Position numbers and translations under genes: made by a program. Shown one piece after another: positions 62,121 through 64,000 of a stretch of DNA of 64,000 nucleotides; positions within the stretch are counted from its first letter, which is position 1, and every line of letters starts with the position of its first letter. The notes beneath the pieces were generated by a model. It was given only the letters and a program-made list of their open reading frames with translations. It did not search any database and was not told the DNA's origin. The DNA comes from a virus. The stretch spans positions 11,104-75,103 of IMG/VR virus record IMGVR_UViG_3300032053_000043; one strand, 5' to 3'.

Positions 62121-63812
62121 TTACGGTCGTGGTTGGAAGATAATACTTTCTGGCGACGGCTCCTTAGCGGCGCCCGGCGTAATGCCGCTGTAACCTGGCG
62201 CGAGTTCGGCATAGCCTTTAAGCCAATCGTGGAACACATCCACACCAGATTTAAGCGTGGCTGCATCCATTTTAGCTACATTTAACACGCTCTCAAAATT
62301 TTTAACCATTGTAATACTGCCACCACCGCGGGCGCCACCATGAACCATTCCCATACCAGACATGAGTAATTTGATATTAGCACGAAGCTTCTCAAATTCT
62401 GGTCCTTTACCATAAGTACCAGTCATGAATTCGTTCCACCTAGAAGCAAGAGGACCAAGTTGCCCTTTGGCATCGAGACCATCAATGGTACTTCTAACAA
62501 CATCAGCATGTTTCATAATAGACCCCGCACGCATCGCCATATCCTTAATTTGCGCCGTAACATGCAAAGGCGTAACGCCGCCCTCAGCTAATTTAGCAGT
62601 CACAGCCTGAGCCAGAACCTTATTCCTTTGAATCAACGTAAAGTTCTTGGGATCGTCAAGTGACGCTTTAGCCCAAAAAGCAACTTCGGTTTCGGAAGGT
62701 GTAGGGTTATTAAGATTGAAAGTGGCTGCTGTAACCATTGTACGGTAGCGTTCTATAGAAGCCAGTTTACCACGTTCATCCGCGGTAGCCGTACCAGCCC
62801 TCTTTTTGGAGTCCAGCTCAACATACAATTGCTCCATCGACGGATGTATTGATTGTTTCCAAACAGCATAATCTGCGGCATCCCTACTTCTATTCTCCGG
62901 TCTTACTAGCCAAGCATTCATTTCCATTACTCCTTCCGGAAGCGAATGCAAAGCGCCACTCACACCAAGGTCTTTATCATATGTTCCCGTCTTGGTGTTA
63001 AATTGCATTACGCGAATCTGCCCATCAGGACCGCGGACATCCTTCGTTTCTGCAGCAATTGCAGGTGGCTGTTCGGGCCTGCGAAGGGCCTCAGCCTGCG
63101 CTGTTAGTTGTTCGGCGTGTGCCAAAGCTTGTTTAGCTTGTGCTCCTTGTAAAGCAATCGACTGCCTTTCTTTAGCCTGCTCCAGCTTCCTGGCTTCCTC
63201 CGCCTGCGCCATTTGCGTATACTTTGTAATCGCCGCTTGTACTCCTTGTCCTTCCGGTGTAGCCGAAGCCTTCATTATTTCTTCAGGATTCCCCGACATG
63301 AACGCTTGAAGAGTCTTAACAACTTTGGAAGTTTTCTTGTCGTCAGTGGCAATCCCTTCGGGGAGCTTCCCGCCACCTTTGAGCAAAAGTGTATACGCTG
63401 CGCTTTCCGACGCGGTTCGTCTTTTGTCCATTGACTCCTTCGCAAAGTTGCTTGCAAATTGGCTCAAAGATGAAATAGCTCCGCTAACGACCGCTCCAGT
63501 CCTTGCCTGCGGCGAACTATATTCATAAGGTATCTGCTGCGGCATTGCTTGACGCTGCTGCGGAGCCGCAGGCGGCAACGCCGCGGGCATTCCTGCACCG
63601 GCAGGCGCTCCCATGGGAACCGGAGGTGGCATCGCTCCAGCGCCAATGGCCCCAGGCTGCGCGGGCACCGACTGTGGACCTGCGCCAGCACCTTGGCCAC
63701 CGCCAAGCGCGCGTCCCGTCATTGACATTGATTTGGCAATAGCATCCAGAATCGCTTTAATACGTTCTGGAGGAACTACGTTTTGCGTCGCACTTTGTGT
63801 AACATCAGGCAT
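62121..63812 (-). CDS. Internal virion/DNA ejection protein
   Basis: 563 aa, Pro/Gln N-terminus, coiled coil, helical C-terminus. Confidence 0.65.
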   Translation of the reverse strand: MPDVTQSATQNVVPPERIKAILDAIAKSMSMTGRALGGGQGAGAGPQSVPAQPGAIGAGAMPPPVPMGAPAGAGMPAALPPAAPQQRQAMPQQIPYEYSSPQARTGAVVSGAISSLSQFASNFAKESMDKRRTASESAAYTLLLKGGGKLPEGIATDDKKTSKVVKTLQAFMSGNPEEIMKASATPEGQGVQAAITKYTQMAQAEEARKLEQAKERQSIALQGAQAKQALAHAEQLTAQAEALRRPEQPPAIAAETKDVRGPDGQIRVMQFNTKTGTYDKDLGVSGALHSLPEGVMEMNAWLVRPENRSRDAADYAVWKQSIHPSMEQLYVELDSKKRAGTATADERGKLASIERYRTMVTAATFNLNNPTPSETEVAFWAKASLDDPKNFTLIQRNKVLAQAVTAKLAEGGVTPLHVTAQIKDMAMRAGSIMKHADVVRSTIDGLDAKGQLGPLASRWNEFMTGTYGKGPEFEKLRANIKLLMSGMGMVHGGARGGGSITMVKNFESVLNVAKMDAATLKSGVDVFHDWLKGYAELAPGYSGITPGAAKEPSPESIIFQPRP

Positions 63813-63824
63813 GGTTAGCCTTCC

Positions 63825-64000
63825 TCAAATGTTCTCAATCACGGCGACCTGCGCCGTGAAGGTCCCGCTCGAACAGGTGGCGTCGATGTCAATGTACCAA
63901 GTAGCCGTCGAGGCAATCGCCGCTGTCGCCGGGGCGCCAATCAATTGCGGAAGCACGACCGCTCCGGCGGTGGCGACCCCTGCCGCCTGCACGCTCGTTG
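63825..64000 (-). repeat. Direct repeat copy 2: 3' end of a second allele of the 15072..15980 fibre gene (truncated by window edge)
   Basis: ...TFTAQVAVIENI* vs ...TFTAQVAAIENI*; mismatches at 63828, 63841, 63873. Confidence 0.95.

Larger units (their letters stand above)
15072..63824. mobile_element. Phage B: apparently complete 48,753-bp circularly permuted podovirus-like genome
   Basis: Full set of packaging, head, tail, lysis and replication genes; 63825-64000 repeats 15072-15247, closing the circle with uninterrupted late-gene order. Confidence 0.85.

Noticed and set aside
63825-64000. attL/attR, DGR template/variable repeat, or simple terminal redundancy
   Set aside because: No integrase or reverse transcriptase seen; only 3 mismatches; copies have different downstream genes, fitting two alleles of a shared gene

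Overview
The window is entirely bacteriophage DNA and appears to contain two different podovirus-type (short-tailed) phages joined end to end. (i) 1-15075 is a GC-rich (about 65% by eye) late module of 'phage A' on the minus strand: GIY-YIG homing endonuclease, internally duplicated head-tail adaptor, nozzle, signal-peptide-bearing beta-helix tailspike and three ejection proteins, one interrupted by an in-frame TAG. (ii) 15072-63824 is what reads as a complete 48,753-bp circularly permuted genome of a lower-GC (about 50% by eye) 'phage B'. Its minus-strand late arm runs terS, terL, portal, scaffold, capsid, lysis cassette, adaptor, nozzle, PurD-like ATP-grasp ligase, fibres and ejection proteins. 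Its plus-strand early/replication arm carries small ORFs, J-domain, vWA, FtsK, Cas4-like nuclease, AAA_24/Sak4, SSB, ParB-methyltransferase, split UDG-exonuclease/PolA, helicase and GroES. No integrase was recognised. The last 176 bp (63825-64000) repeat 15072-15247 with 3 mismatches, so the two phages meet at a shared fibre-gene cassette (real cointegrate or assembly chimera). The most striking biology is that fibre/spike genes of both phages carry Sec-type signal peptides, are cysteine-rich, and flank a Spy/CpxP-like periplasmic chaperone gene, suggesting fibres are folded in the periplasm. Other leads: a PurD-like ligase with an overlapping 25-aa lipoprotein ORF in the tail operon, a 6-copy palindromic operator, several structured ncRNAs (one tRNA-like), and a J-domain/vWA/FtsK cluster. 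All assignments come from motif recognition and synteny by eye; no database searches were run.
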